DNA of 64,000 nucleotides, from positions 40,610,001-40,674,000 of the forward strand of contig OZ024745.1 of the NCBI GenBank assembly GCA_964016885.1. The letters run 5' to 3'. The notes beneath the pieces were generated by a model. The model ran no database searches. It saw nothing but the letters and a program-made list of their open reading frames with translations, and had not been told where the DNA came from. Positions 1 through 15,202 of this stretch are shown here, one piece after another (position 1 is the stretch's first letter; each line of letters begins with the position of its first letter). The translations under genes and the position numbers were made by a program. This DNA is from Eledone cirrhosa (lineage: Eukaryota).

Positions 1-294
1 CCACCGCCTATGGTTCCTCTAACTAGGCCACCGAGACAGCTACAAAAGTATAATGGAAATTGATACTAATGGCTTTCCTAGAACTATTAGTTATATTCAG
101 AGTCGACTTCTGGTCATTATTGAAAATCTCTGGAATTCGCGAAATACATGATATTTTATTATTGGAGAAGGTAAGATATTTTCCCACAAAAATTTGATTA
201 CACTGTTTTGTTTCCACTTATATGTTTTTCGAAGATGTTATTTATTCATTTTTAAAATTACATGATAGCATTCTATATGTAGGTAGGCCAGTCC

Positions 295-340
<46 letters not shown>

Positions 341-639
341 AATGAAAAAAGAAGGCTGGTTTCCAAATATCATTTTACTGATGCAAAATCATGATATGTA
401 TTCCTATTTTCGAGACCCCCACGCCGTAAATCATGAGACAAGACATGTGGTGATGTATAAGTTTAATTCAAATAAAATATTTTAAGGGTAAGTAATCAAT
501 TAGCGGTATACGGAAAATAAGCGTAGAAGTGATACGGAGCCGGTCCATCAGTCAAAGTGACCTCCGTGAAATATGGACTGAGTATGCCATATAAAACAAT
601 GCAATGTGGGTTCGTAGGTGGTATTTGCTCGACAGCGAG

Positions 640-760
640 ACATTCAACCAATCGTAAAGCCACTCAGTGCCAATTGCGTTATCTATTTAACACTGATTGG
701 GCGCGCCTTATCGTCTATGAAAACCGCGCTAGTTCGTAGCCGAAAACCAGCATAGCGTGA
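640..760. promoter_or_regulatory. CpG-rich patch with three CCAAT boxes (possible element-internal promoter)
   Basis: CCAAT at 648 and 670, ATTGG at 696, local CpG enrichment in an AT-rich background; no transcript evidence. Confidence 0.2.
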
Positions 761-1401
761 CGGTGAATCTCTGCGAGGGTTTGAAATGTTATAAAAAGAA
801 TACAGTTGACCTTGATTGTTCGGTCAGTATTCACAGGGAAATCCCCTAATATTGTCATATTCTGACCTGATACTGCATAGTCATATACTGACTATATAAG
901 ATTGTCATATACTGACCATAGAACCTGAACATTACCCTGTGTAAGTATTTCCCAACTCTATACTGCCTCGTTTTATATTTATGTGGAACTAATAATTTGC
1001 AGCCTGAAGCCAGGTATTCAATCGTCACAACTTGGTCAACACAGAATCGATAATTCGGGTCAGTTCCATTTCTGATCACATTTTGTTTGAACGTCACACG
1101 TTGAAGGACAATGGTCTTGTGCAGCCTAATGAAGCCCTCACTCTCTGACTTCAGCCCGGAAGTTTATATCCGTGAAAATCGGCCGTCGAAATGTATGTAC
1201 GTAATTTCACCCCTCTCAATGATACTCCTTATCAAAATAGGCAAATATTGTCTTACGAGAATAGAATTGGTGTAGAAAATTGCACAATATTCCACGAATG
1301 TAGCAGTTAAAACAGAGCAAGAAAGCATCCTCAGTAAGACATTCATGCTACACTGGTATTGTCGGTAGGAATCGACATTCTACGTACATTTTATTTACTT
1401 G

Positions 1402-1414
1402 AGTCCAATATGAC

Positions 1415-1451
<37 letters not shown>

Positions 1452-2056
1452 AGAGTATTGAAGTTTGCTTGAAGCATTGTGGAACAATAAGTAAATATCT
1501 TTAAGTCGTTTGGAAGCCTCGACAATGCAAATGGGTAAATCTCCGGGTAACAAGGTCCGGTGGTGGAGAGATGTAAGTGGGTGTACGTTGAGATGCGTGG
1601 TGTGTATAAGATGTGTGAGATGTGTAGAATGAAGGGAAGAGTATAAAGGATAAAAATAAAAAATAACAACACAAGAGAGAGTTACCTTGGGAGAGATTTA
1701 ACAGTCCCTATATATTTCGGATTCACATCCATCAACTGGGGTTTTTTCCCCCACCCCGGAAAAAAACCCCAGTTGATGGATGTGAATCCGAAATATATAG
1801 GGACTGTTAAATCTCTCCCAAGGTAACTCTCTCTTGTGTAGTTATTTTTTATTTTTATCCTTTATACTCTTCCCTTCATTCTACACATCTCACACATCTT
1901 ATACACACCACGCATCTCAACGTACACCCACTTACATCTCTCTCTGCACCACCGGACCTTGTTACTCGGAGATTTACCCATTTGCATTGTCGAAGCTTCC
2001 AAACGACTTAAAGATATTTACATATATATATATATATATACATGTCATATTGGACT
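1402..2056. repeat. Fold-back inverted duplication of a Penelope pseudo-LTR-like sequence
   Basis: Arms ~1402-1749 and ~1758-2056 are reverse complements with a few substitutions and a ~40-bp indel; both ends in (TA)n. Confidence 0.9.
1767..1802 (+). ncRNA. Hammerhead-like motif, variant core (CAGUUGA)
   Basis: ccc CAGTTGA t ggat-gtga-atcc GAAA tata TA ggg; mirror copy on the minus strand in the left arm. Confidence 0.4.
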
Positions 2057-2069
2057 ATATATATATATA

Positions 2070-2295
2070 AGCAAAAGGGGTATTCAATATGTTGGTAATT
2101 CAACAAATATAAATGTTTATAAGTGATTAAAAGCACACGACAGATTTTCTAAACATGAACCGTTAAGTTATTTTTACCGGGTTATGTTTGTATTTTATCT
2201 GATAAGAGCGTACCAAACTTTTGCTACCGTTGAAATATATATAATAGAATAAATATGGTTTTATAAATATAGTTTCCATTTATTTAATATCATTG
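2070..2295 (+). mobile_element. Short non-coding hammerhead-bearing element (family A)
   Basis: Homologous to 9770-9972, 12320-12590, 14556-15006 and 21770-21950; hammerhead 2191-2251 with core CTGATAA (G8 mutated). Confidence 0.7.
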
Positions 2296-2377
2296 TTGAT
2301 GACAACATTAATATCCATGTATCTATATGATTGTTCAGTTGAATAGGAAGTTAATTATATGTCCGAACTCTGCTAGC

Positions 2378-2422
2378 GCTCCTATTGTTCCAAACCAAAG
2401 TTTGGAAGAAACGAATGTCAGC
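2378..2422 (+). ncRNA. Degenerate hammerhead (family B)
   Basis: gct CCTATTG ttccaaac-caaa-gtttggaa GAAA cgaatg TC agc then AATAAA; homologous to 7261-7305 and 34544-34590. Confidence 0.45.
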
Positions 2423-2459
2423 AATAAAATGATTTGAACATAATTTTGTTTATTGTGTA

Positions 2460-2564
<105 letters not shown>

Positions 2565-2925
2565 GAGAGTGTGGAGTTAGATATTCGTTTTATCAAGGCT
2601 AATTGGTGAGTCCTGCTTACCCTGGAGATCAGCCTGCTCCTCCGGAACTCCAGAGTAAATCTACTCACGAATTAGCCATAATAACATGAATATTTGAACT
2701 CTACTTCGGTACTCATTTGAACTCGTGACGAAAGTCCAAAATTATTTCAAATGAATGCTATTTTAGTCATTTCCTTATGAAACAAAGTTTTAGTTTTTCT
2801 ACTAAAGCATTCATTACATTATTTAACTGATGTTCCCTTTCGTTCCTCTTCGGAAAACCTTTTTTTACACACACACATACACACACACACGCATATATAT
2901 ATATATGTATGTGTGTGTGTATAAA

Positions 2926-3610
<685 letters not shown>

Positions 3611-4122
3611 TGCATATCTCTGTTTCTGATCGTAGGCATGGGTGATCAGCGGAAAATATGTTTTTGTATTTTTTATTAATATTTTGTCTTTGTCTTCCAA
3701 AATAAAAATCCACTGCAGTAGTAACAAATCATCATAATTACCAAATATATCAAAAGAAATGTCTCTATGCTTTACTAAGTACACAAATGAGGGGATGGAA
3801 TCGATGAAATTAGCAGTCGCTATGAGAGTTTATCATGAATTTCAACGGATATTCAGCGTTCTGTTTGAATCTAAAGAGAGAGATGCAGGAAATGCTAGTT
3901 CCATTAACATATATCACATTGCTAATCCGTAGACACATTACATCAGCTTAGTTTATTGTCAATAGGTAATATCTAATACTGCTATTGTTGTCTCTTATAT
4001 TAATGGATTCTGCCATAATAAATCTAATGTTTTGACTACTGAAATATGCATCGAACTACATTACCTCCTTGATATGGTATATATGGTATGATGTTACCAT
4101 TATGGCATTAACGCAGAATGTG

Positions 4123-4248
<126 letters not shown>

Positions 4249-4405
4249 CTTAGGCTCTTTCATTCGTTTATACTTTTAGTATCTCTCATCATTATACGCT
4301 GGTCATGACGGAACACAGACTTGAAGCTTTTAGTCGATTATTTCGACCCGACCACATATTAAGTTGACATCTTAGTTCGTCAATCTCTAAGATATATAGA
4401 TATAA

Positions 4406-4680
<275 letters not shown>

Positions 4681-4696
4681 AGGTAGATCTATAGCG

Positions 4697-4935
4697 CTAC
4701 TGGTAACATGTAACCCAGTACTGGGCATGTTTGGGTCGTCGCTGACTAAACCGGCAACCCCACCAAGCGTGTTTGGCGAGGAGAGTGATTTTGGACAATC
4801 TGCGGGGTAAAAAACGAAAGCCGTCAAAGGGTGGAAGAGCTACTGAGAGTGAACGGCCATCCAATAAATTTTTTTTTCTAATCTTCATTTAGACGTCTCT
4901 CTAGGAGAAGGTCACTCTGATATAAAGTCTGCGAC
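4697..4935 (+). mobile_element. Possible 5'-UTR fragment of an RTE-type LINE
   Basis: GC-richer block with ctaggagaaggtcactctgatataaa, resembling RTE 5' regions as I recall them; no ORF. Confidence 0.3.
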
Positions 4936-5160
4936 TTTTTTTTTTGGCATCTAATGATGTAGACCAGTTCTTCTTTTTGAGTAAATGCATTCGATTGTTC
5001 AGAGGGCATTACTAGTTATTGGCAGGTTCATGGCGGGACTGAAGCGCCACGTCTGTGACTCTCATGCTTGAGTGTCAGGAGAAGGCATTACTCGAAGTTT
5101 CAGTTGCAGCCATCATGTGTTTAGGTATGTATTTGTGCATGTCCTTATATATATATATAT

Positions 5161-5461
5161 AAACAGACTAATTAAAGATGGCGTAGAAAATACAATGTAA
5201 CGGGAGGAAACAATAGCACCACTGACGATGTTGCAGATGTGCAACGAAAATACTTTGATAAACTATATATATGTGTTTGTGTCTATATTGTATCTGTATT
5301 ATTTTTTACCGTTGGTCAGTCAATGGCAACATTGAGGACCGAATAAATTAGATTACCGATATAAAAGTCACAGAAGCGAAAAGCGAAAACCAACCAAACA
5401 GTGAGTGTGTTCTGTTATTAATTTCTGGCAATATTACACAAATATGACCCTCCCCAAGTAT
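5161..5461 (+). mobile_element. Short hammerhead-bearing element (family C)
   Basis: Reverse-complement copy at 30744-31045; flanked by (TA)n. Confidence 0.75.
5218..5259 (+). ncRNA. Type I hammerhead ribozyme motif
   Basis: acca CTGACGA t gttgca-gatg-tgcaac GAAA atac TT tgat; perfect 6-bp stem II, weak stem I. Confidence 0.6.
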
Positions 5462-5465
5462 AAAA

Positions 5466-5541
<76 letters not shown>

Positions 5542-5548
<7 letters not shown>

Positions 5549-5941
5549 TAAACGGAATAGAAAATGCTGACAAATTGTTCACAGTTGAAAAATGGTTTAA
5601 TTAGGAATAAAAGAGTATTAGTGATTGTATGGGTTAGTATTCAGTTGTGGTTTTAAGTTTTTAAGCTTTTACCGGTTGCGCATTTCTAAATGCTTTTCAA
5701 AAATAATTTTGAGATAGAGTGTCCGTGCTGTTGATAGAGTGTCCGTGCTGTTTGCACGGACACTCTATCTCAAAATTATTTTTGAAAAGCATTTAGAAAT
5801 GCGCAACCGGTAAAAACTTAAAAACTTAAAACCACAACTGAATACTAACCCATACAATCACTAATACTCTTTTATTCCTAATTAAACCATTTTTCAACTG
5901 TGAACAATGTGTCAGCATTTTCTATTCCGTTTACCAATATA
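5542..5941. repeat. Fold-back inverted duplication (~187-bp arms)
   Basis: Arms 5542-5728 and 5754-5941; centre holds a 20-bp direct duplication gatagagtgtccgtgctgtt. Confidence 0.92.
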
Positions 5942-5999
5942 TAATAACTTGTGTGTTACACCTCTATTCTTTTAACTATATATATATATATATATATAC

Positions 6000-6088
<89 letters not shown>

Positions 6089-6092
<4 letters not shown>

Positions 6093-7344
6093 CACAAGAA
6101 TCAAAGCTATGTTCAAAGCATTTATTCACTTACAATTGTTTCATCCAAACCTAGGCTTGGTGTCTTCGGACCATTTTTCAATGTTTGTACACATAATTGA
6201 CCACCTTCCCAACGCAAGACACATACAGATACAGATATATATATATATTGATGTACAGTGGAGTGACATATATTATACTATATTATTACTGTATAGCAAT
6301 TCAAATTCAAAATAAACATTAAAATTAAAATTAAAACAAAATTAAAACAAAATTAAAACAAAATTAAAACAAAATTAAAATACATTCAGCAGTTAACACA
6401 GATAATGCAAGAGGATAGTTTGTTAGTCAGATGTAGTAGTTAGTGTATGCGTTAGTTACACGTGGGGCATGCAAGTGTGTCTCATTTATATATGATTATT
6501 GTGTGGCATAGTGTTACATTTAATACAAGCACTTTAAGCGGGTAGGTAGGAGTATTATGGTGGTTGTAGTGGTAAGGTATTTTTTGTATATAATAAAAAA
6601 GTATTTGTGCAGGAAAATAAAAATAAAAAGGAGAAGCCAAAGAAAGTTATGGTTTTCGTATCCACCACCATTTTCACATTCAGGAAAAGTAATATATAGT
6701 TTTTAAATCCATCACATGTGATGGATATAAAAACTATATAAAAACTATATAAAAACCATATATTACTTTTCCTGAATGTGAAAATGGTGGTGGATACGAG
6801 AACTATAACTTTCTTTTGCTCCTCCTTTTTATTTTTATTTTCCTGCACACATACTTTTTTATTATATACAAAAAATACCTTACCACTACAACCACCATAA
6901 TACTCTTACTTACCCGCTTAAAGTGCTTGTATTAAATGTAACACCATGCCGCACTATAATCATATATAAATGAGACACACTTGCATGCCACACGTGTAAC
7001 TAACGCATACACTAACTACTACATCTGACTAACAAACTATCCTCTTGCATTATCTGTGTAAACTGCCGAATGTATTTTAATTTTGATTTAATTTTGTTTT
7101 AATTTTAATTTTGATTTTGATTTTGAATTTGAATTGCTACACAGTAATAATATAGTATAATATATGTCACTCCACTGTACATCAATATATATATATATAT
7201 GTATCTGTATGTCTCTTGCGTTGGAAAGGAGGTCAATTATGTGTACAAACATTGAAAAATACTCCGAAGACACCAAGCCTAGGTTTGGATGAAACAATCG
7301 TAAGTGAATAAATGCTTTGAACATAGCTTTGATTCTTGTGAATT
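6089..7344. repeat. Large diverged fold-back (~600-bp arms) of a Penelope UTR/pLTR-like sequence
   Basis: Arms ~6089-6698 and ~6755-7344 with many substitutions and indels; spacer has repeated aaaactatata; related pieces at 34540-35140 and 51508-51609. Confidence 0.9.
7261..7305 (+). ncRNA. Type I hammerhead, variant core CCGAAGA (family B)
   Basis: act CCGAAGA ca ccaagc-ctag-gtttgg at GAAA caatcg TA agt then AATAAA; mirror copy 6128-6172 (minus) has palindromic caattg. Confidence 0.6.
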
Positions 7345-7502
7345 CTATATAACTGGTCTGTAGAACAACTGATGTTATTACATTGAGAATTTTATCTTAC
7401 TCGTAATAAGGTAGTAATAAATTACTGACCTCCACTGTTTAAGGTTTAAAATATACATAACTATAAAAAGTTTTAGTATATACATAACCATAAATAGTAT
7501 CC

Positions 7503-7554
<52 letters not shown>

Positions 7555-9405
7555 TATAATATATCTATATATATATATATATATATACGTTGTGCCTGGC
7601 CGAATCGGCCGAGATTGTTAAATTAAAATCAGCCAAACATTTTACATCGGAAATCCTAATAAACTGCAAACACACTAGGAAGAATACATTCCTTGCATTG
7701 ATATTCGGACAAAAGATAAAAACATAAATACATAAATATAACATCTAAATAACTATTTTTATATATCACATTTCTTTACCACTGTTATCCTTGTTAATTT
7801 TATTTTTACTCCTGTAAATATTAGGTTACATATTTTATCATATCCCTCCACCACAAAACATATCACCATGCATACACGACACTCAATCACACCAACACAT
7901 ACCGCATACCCTTGAGGCACACACAAAATACCTGCACCATACACTTCACCACATTTGAGTTCATCACCTCATTTTGTATCACTAATTTTACCACCGTTAT
8001 TTAACATCACTTGTATTATCTAGCATATTCACATATTTTTTCTACCACCATTTAACCCCACACGATATCATTTTTAAATGCAATGCCAACGCACGTACAT
8101 CCAAACCTGTTTCGTGTGTGCATAGTTGTGTGTATATATATATGTATGTGAGTGTGTATGTGGGTACGTGAGAGTGTATGTATATATGTGCATATGTGTT
8201 TGCCTGCTCCCCTGCACAACCATATAGTAGTATGGACCCCTGGACTATGAGCACGCATATCTCGTTAACCTGGACAGATTCGGAGACGCAGACATATGTA
8301 CGATATGTGACGGGACACCGTGTCCGAAAATACCTATAATTCGTATGATATATATGTGAGCTTGTTGTGCCAGTGCGGAAGTGCAGGATGACCAATATGG
8401 GTATTCCATATACCATTCCACGAACAGACGCATCTAGTAATGTATGCCCGTCTGGCTCAGTGTATCTTAAGCGTGTGCCTCCGTGGGTGATGCATGACTG
8501 TATATATATTTATATTGATGCATGTGAGGATGTGCATGCATGTGCATATGTCCCTGCGTGTCTGTGTACACATGTATATTTATTTTTCTGCTTATATTCT
8601 TTCACACACTATGCACTGAACAGGTATCTTGCCTCTATCCACAGTGTTTAGCAACCTCTCCAAACAATTTTCTTTAATAAAAATGTTCTTTATAGTCGTT
8701 TCTATAATCTTTTTAAACACTAAACTCACACCATAAATCTTCATTTCTTTAATTCTTTTCATATATTTTGAAACACTAACCTCATACCATTCTCATCACC
8801 TCATTAATTCTTTATAGTGCAAATACCCCTTTAACGATATCTAAACAGCTTACGAATAAGCACAGTTTAACCTTCCTCCTTTTGTCCACTCACTCTTCCG
8901 TGACAAACTGATGACCAGCAGAAACCATTTCATGTCCTATCAAGCACATCCCTACCACACCGACACCTCTCACAGCACCTCCGCCTCACCACGTACACGC
9001 CGACATGTCTATGGAAAGCCAAAACACCACCCCCGGCAAGACGTCGCTATGCTCGCCTAACTGCCATCTGTCAGAATCTTCATAGCTAAACCACCAATCA
9101 AAACAACATAAATTGACCACTATATGAACGCGAAAGGTTATAGACATTTCTATGCTTTATACGTTCATTCTGTCATTAAAACAGCACAGGTCCGACGAGC
9201 TTTTGTTCCAGAGTCGGGCCAGATCGATACAGATCGAACCTTAATTTGATCAATAGCAAAACGCGCATCACAGATCAATAATGAATGGTTAACAAATCGC
9301 CATTGTATTATTATATTACACTCTGTTTAGCTTTACACCTCGCCACTGACGTGAACCTAAATATTAAGTGTTCACCTGAGTGAGTGATTTCACGTTACAC
9401 TCTCT

Positions 9406-9453
<48 letters not shown>

Positions 9454-9504
9454 AAATAAAATAAAATAAATAAGTCAAATGTTTAAAATTTGGCTTCGTT
9501 TATT

Positions 9505-9559
9505 ACTGGTATATATATTTCGGTGGCAGCCATCTTTGTCTGTGACCTCTTCAGGCAGT
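9505..9559 (-). ncRNA. Type I hammerhead ribozyme motif
   Basis: Minus strand: actgc CTGAAGA ggt...acc GAAA tatata TA ccagt AATAAA. Confidence 0.7.
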
Positions 9560-9688
9560 CCGAATTAGTGTGGTAGAGACGAGTAGACATGTTGTTGAGG
9601 TGTTTAACTTTTTCAATACTCTGATATGCCCAGTTCCTGGTTGGGTTGTTATTCCACTAAGGAACTGGAATCATATATATATATATAA

Positions 9689-9769
<81 letters not shown>

Positions 9770-9771
<2 letters not shown>

Positions 9772-9972
9772 TATCAATGATATTAAATAAATGGAAACTA
9801 TATTTATAAAACCATATGAGAGCGTACCAAAACTTTGGTACGCTCTCATCAGATGAAATACAAAGTCTGTTTTATAAATATTGACATATCCAGGAAGGAG
9901 ATCTTAACGGTTCATGTTTTTCCTGGATAGTATTTTATCTGATGAGAATAAGTTAAATATCCCTTTTGCTTA
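9770..9972 (-). mobile_element. Family A element with rearranged hammerhead
   Basis: Homology to 12320-12590; the GAAA half is replaced by a hairpin (9816-9849) extending stem II. Confidence 0.65.
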
Positions 9973-10010
9973 TATAATCTATCTATCTATCTATCTCTCT
10001 CTATATATAT

Positions 10011-10208
10011 ATAGGAAAAGTAGGACACCGACGGCAGAGCTCAAGCGGTTTCGACGGCTATTTCTGGATATAGGTCCAGAAATAGCCGTCGAAACCGCTT
10101 GAGCTCTGCCGTCGGGGTCATACTTTTTCCTATTACCCACTCCACTACCCTAAGTATCGAGTACTCTGGTGAATTATGGTTCATCTGGATCCTTACCACA
10201 ACTCCTTC
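10011..10208 (+). mobile_element. Short element with terminal fold-back (family D)
   Basis: Hairpin 10011-10133; homologous to 57387-57585 and 61582-61788; retains GAAA-ccgc-TT-gagctc. Confidence 0.8.
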
Positions 10209-10312
10209 TTTATAAATATATATATATATACATATAGGGAGAGGGAGAGAGAGAGTGAAGTAAGATAGAGTGATAGAGAGAGAGAGAGAGAGAGATAGAG
10301 AGAGAGGGAGGG

Positions 10313-10394
<82 letters not shown>

Positions 10395-10689
10395 ACTTTC
10401 TCATCTATGCTAGTTGGAACCTTGCGTAGCTTTTATCTCTGTGCCTTGCTTATGACCAAACGCCTGCTATGTATTGGGGCTATTATATCTCAAATTTTGG
10501 ATTGTATACCCTGATCAGTATTCCGATAGGTAATTCACATGTTTGTCGACATAATTCACTACTGAAATAATTGTTATAGTTGACTACAGTTGCATTTCAA
10601 TAAATCGAAATGATAGTAGAAATGAATGATTATTTAGAACTCAATCTAGTCTTTCATTCATTACTTTAGCTCCTAGAAACAAAAAGAAA

Positions 10690-11200
10690 CAAAGAAAAGG
10701 CCATACATGATATCTAAACCTTTAATCAAAAGAACACAGATATGTACTCAGACATACAATTAACTTACCTATATTACTAAAGGACAGGAACATGAAAATC
10801 ATCATACAAAAATACTCAATCTTAAAAAGTATACAAAAACGAAGATCAATAAAACAGATACTAAGGAATGAGAAACTACAAACCGTTATTAAATAGCCTG
10901 ACTTAAAAAAGATGCAATTGACCTCACTGTGGAGTACACAACTATCTGTTAGAGGGGAACGCATTTAATTTCAAAGAGCGTCGAAACTTTAAAGTTATAA
11001 ATGACTTCTCTTACACCGCGAAGAATCTAATGTAGGCTGCCCTGAACATTATATTAGACAAACTCACTTTACTCCGAAGACGAATGACAGGTCACCGTCA
11101 ACAAATCCAGCCCCGTAACCCAGAAAGATCCCTGTAAGTCAGCATATCGAAGAATGTGAAGAATAAAATCTGTCACATTTCGATGCCTTCCCATTCTACC
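10690..11200 (+). pseudogene. Decayed Penelope-like (Neptune-type) linker and GIY-YIG endonuclease fragment
   Basis: Frameshifted translation gives KDRNMKIIIQKYSILKS...FNFKE..NFKVINDFSYTAKNL...LRRRMTGHRQQIQ..KIPVSQHIEEC. Confidence 0.65.
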
Positions 11201-11322
11201 AGCATAGTGTACATTTCTCTCAGGAAAGACGTATTAATATAGAAAGAATTTTCGTAATAACACACACAAATACGCACACACGCACACACACGCATACACA
11301 CATACACACACACACACGCACA

Positions 11323-12108
<786 letters not shown>

Positions 12109-12260
12109 GTGAAGGCGCATGGCTTAGTGGTTAGAGCATTGGGCTTGCAATCAAAAGGTTGTGAGTTCAATTCTCGGACCGAGTGATGTGTTGTTTCCTT
12201 GAGCAAGACACTTTATTTCACGTTGATCCAGTTTACTCAGCTGTAGAAATGAGTAGCAAA
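12109..12260 (+). mobile_element. tRNA-derived SINE
   Basis: A box tggcttagtgg, B box gagttcaattc, core-like ccttgagcaagacacttt; decayed relatives near 37520-37650 and 40815-40920. Confidence 0.75.
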
Positions 12261-12319
12261 TGAGTGACCAGCGGTCAAGGTGGTTCAATGTGATATATAT
12301 ACATATACATATATATATA

Positions 12320-12590
12320 TCAATGATATTAAATAAATGGGAAATATATTTATAAAACCATATTTATTCTATTATATATAATTCAAAGGGACCAAAACTT
12401 TGGTACGCACTCATCAGATAAAATACAAAGTTTGTTTTATAAATATTGACTTATCCAGGAAGAAGATCTTAACGGTTCAAGTTTTTCCTGTATTTTATCA
12501 AGTATTTTATCAACTGTTGAGTGCTTCTAATCAGTTATAAACATATATATTTTTTGAATTACCAACAAATTAAATATCCCTTTTGATTAT
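12320..12590 (-). mobile_element. Family A element with hammerhead 12365-12425
   Basis: Minus strand: tattttat CTGATGA ... GAAT tatata TA atagaata (GAAA mutated). Confidence 0.7.
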
Positions 12591-12627
12591 TAAAAGAATG
12601 AAACAGTTCTAGTCCTGTAGAATCTCA

Positions 12628-12676
<49 letters not shown>

Positions 12677-13800
12677 TGAAACAGACTATTATATCAGATA
12701 TGACAATATGAATTTAGATTCAATAAATCTTAGATTTTATAACAGCTCCAGGTATTTTAGTTAATGTTAACCAGAATGGAAATTTGAATAGTAATCAATT
12801 TATTGCTTAGGTAATCCGTTTTTACGTAAATCATTTCACAAAGAATTAACTTTAAGATACAAAATAATTTTCTGACGGCTATATATAATTAACAGGAATT
12901 AAAATGTACAATTTTAAGATATTTTTATAAATGTAAATCTTTATCAGAGAATTTAAAATATTAACTGGAGGATTAAATATTTTATAAATACTGGAATGTT
13001 CCGAATTCTATCCTTTCACGAAATTAAAATTATATATACATTTCTCTTTCTTTTCAACCATATATATATGTATATATATATATATTGATATAGTATAAAG
13101 AAACGAAAAATCAGTGATGCATCTGGACTCAATTTATTGCGTGTTACAATTGTTTCGCCGGCAGGTAGCTCGAGACATGGTCCCTGTATGGATCTGGCTG
13201 ATTCTACGGCTGCGGGTTCCTTCCGACACGGGTAGTTCGTTCGGAGCAAATTTTATGGGGTGTTATCATCAAAAAACACCCTAAAAACAACCTCGTCCCC
13301 TCTTTTTATGCCATTGGCTGTTGTTACTCCACGTCATCTTAAGTTCTGGTCACTATTTACCGCCTAACTGGTCATCAGCCATTTTCCGTCCGACACACTT
13401 CAATAGAGTCATGCTGGGTTCAGTATCTCACAGGTCTGTTCACACTCCAGACCAAGCACCCACACATACGAATACACACACACACATATACACACACAGG
13501 CAGACACAGACAGATGCGTTCATACACACACACGCACCCCTACACATACATATATATACATGTATATATAAAAACACACGTTCTCCCTCACTTCCACAGA
13601 CCCAGGCACACCTACTTCTAGATTCATACCGCCACGAGCCTTTTAACTGCTGCTTAAGTGGCGCCATATATCCGATCCGAAGAGCACGGCCCAGGCAAAC
13701 ATACACATATACACACATACGCGCGCACACATACCTACGCACAACCTTATATACATATATATATATATACACTCATACACACATACATATATACATACAC

Positions 13801-13853
<53 letters not shown>

Positions 13854-13898
13854 CACACATGCACACACATACATACACAATTACATACACACATACAT

Positions 13899-13937
<39 letters not shown>

Positions 13938-14470
13938 CAAAAAAACGCTACATGCATTCGAACACCCACACATATGCATGCATATATACATGCAGACATA
14001 TATAAAACTACATATACATATGCACACAGACTGCCACATGCAGACACCTGCACATATGCATATTTGCTTACACACACATATACATATATAAACAAAACCG
14101 TAAATTAAAAATACATTATATAATAAAAAACACAATATACCATAAACTGATGGTAAAATAACATACAATATCAATATTATATACGATATAATATATATAT
14201 ATCTATATATACATGCACACACATTCATATATACATATACGGATATATACAATGGATATATGATAAAATAATTAAAATAATAGTAATAAAATGTATACAT
14301 AGTCCATATATAATCATCCGTACACATTACCGTGAGATGTTCTTAAACATATACATGTAAACACATATACATATATAGAGGCCCATATATGCATACACCC
14401 GCACTCTCATATATATATATACACACATACGCAGCCACATATACACACATACTCATACGTAGCTATACGT

Positions 14471-14556
<86 letters not shown>

Positions 14557-14642
14557 GGAAAGTTATATTTAAATTGTTGGGTTACAACTAGTAAATATTT
14601 ATAACTGATATAAAAGCACTCAACAAGTATTTGGAGTATATT

Positions 14643-15006
14643 TACGATATTAAATAAATGGAAACTATATTTATAAAACCATATTTATTTCATCATATAT
14701 ATTTCAGGGATATCATATTAACAATATGTTATGCCTTCTTCAGACAAAATACAATATAGACAGTTTTATAGATAAATAGATTTGACATACCGTTCAACAT
14801 CGACTTGTATTTGAAAAATGCCAAATCAACTTTTTCAAATACAAGTCGATGTTGAACGGTATGTCAAATCTATTTATCTATAAAACTGTCTATATTGTAT
14901 TTTGTCTGAAGAAGGCATAACATATTGTTAATATGATATCCCTGAAATATATATAATGAAATAAATATGGTTTTATAAATATAGTTTCCATTTATTTAAT
15001 ATCGTA
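14643..15006. repeat. Fold-back of a family A element (~177-bp arms)
   Basis: Arms 14643-14819 and 14831-15006 nearly identical. Confidence 0.92.
14898..14963 (+). ncRNA. Type I hammerhead ribozyme motif
   Basis: tattttgt CTGAAGA agg...cct GAAA tatata TA atgaaata; 8-bp stem I with two G-U pairs, palindromic stem III. Confidence 0.8.
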
Positions 15007-15151
15007 TATATATATATATATATTTATAAATATGTATATACACACATTCTGCCAGATACTTATATATATGTACATTCATGCACAGACACGGGCTTATAAG
15101 CTCATGCATATACGTACACAAGCCCATATACACACCCCCATACACACCCAC

Positions 15152-15202
<51 letters not shown>

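Noticed and set aside
8901-8936. CTGATGA..GAAA hammerhead candidate
   Set aside because: No stem II can form and the triplet and stem I register do not fit
13138-13275. Hammerhead 3' half on the minus strand (GAAA caattg TA acac, then AATAAA)
   Set aside because: No properly placed CTGANGA half; at best a remnant
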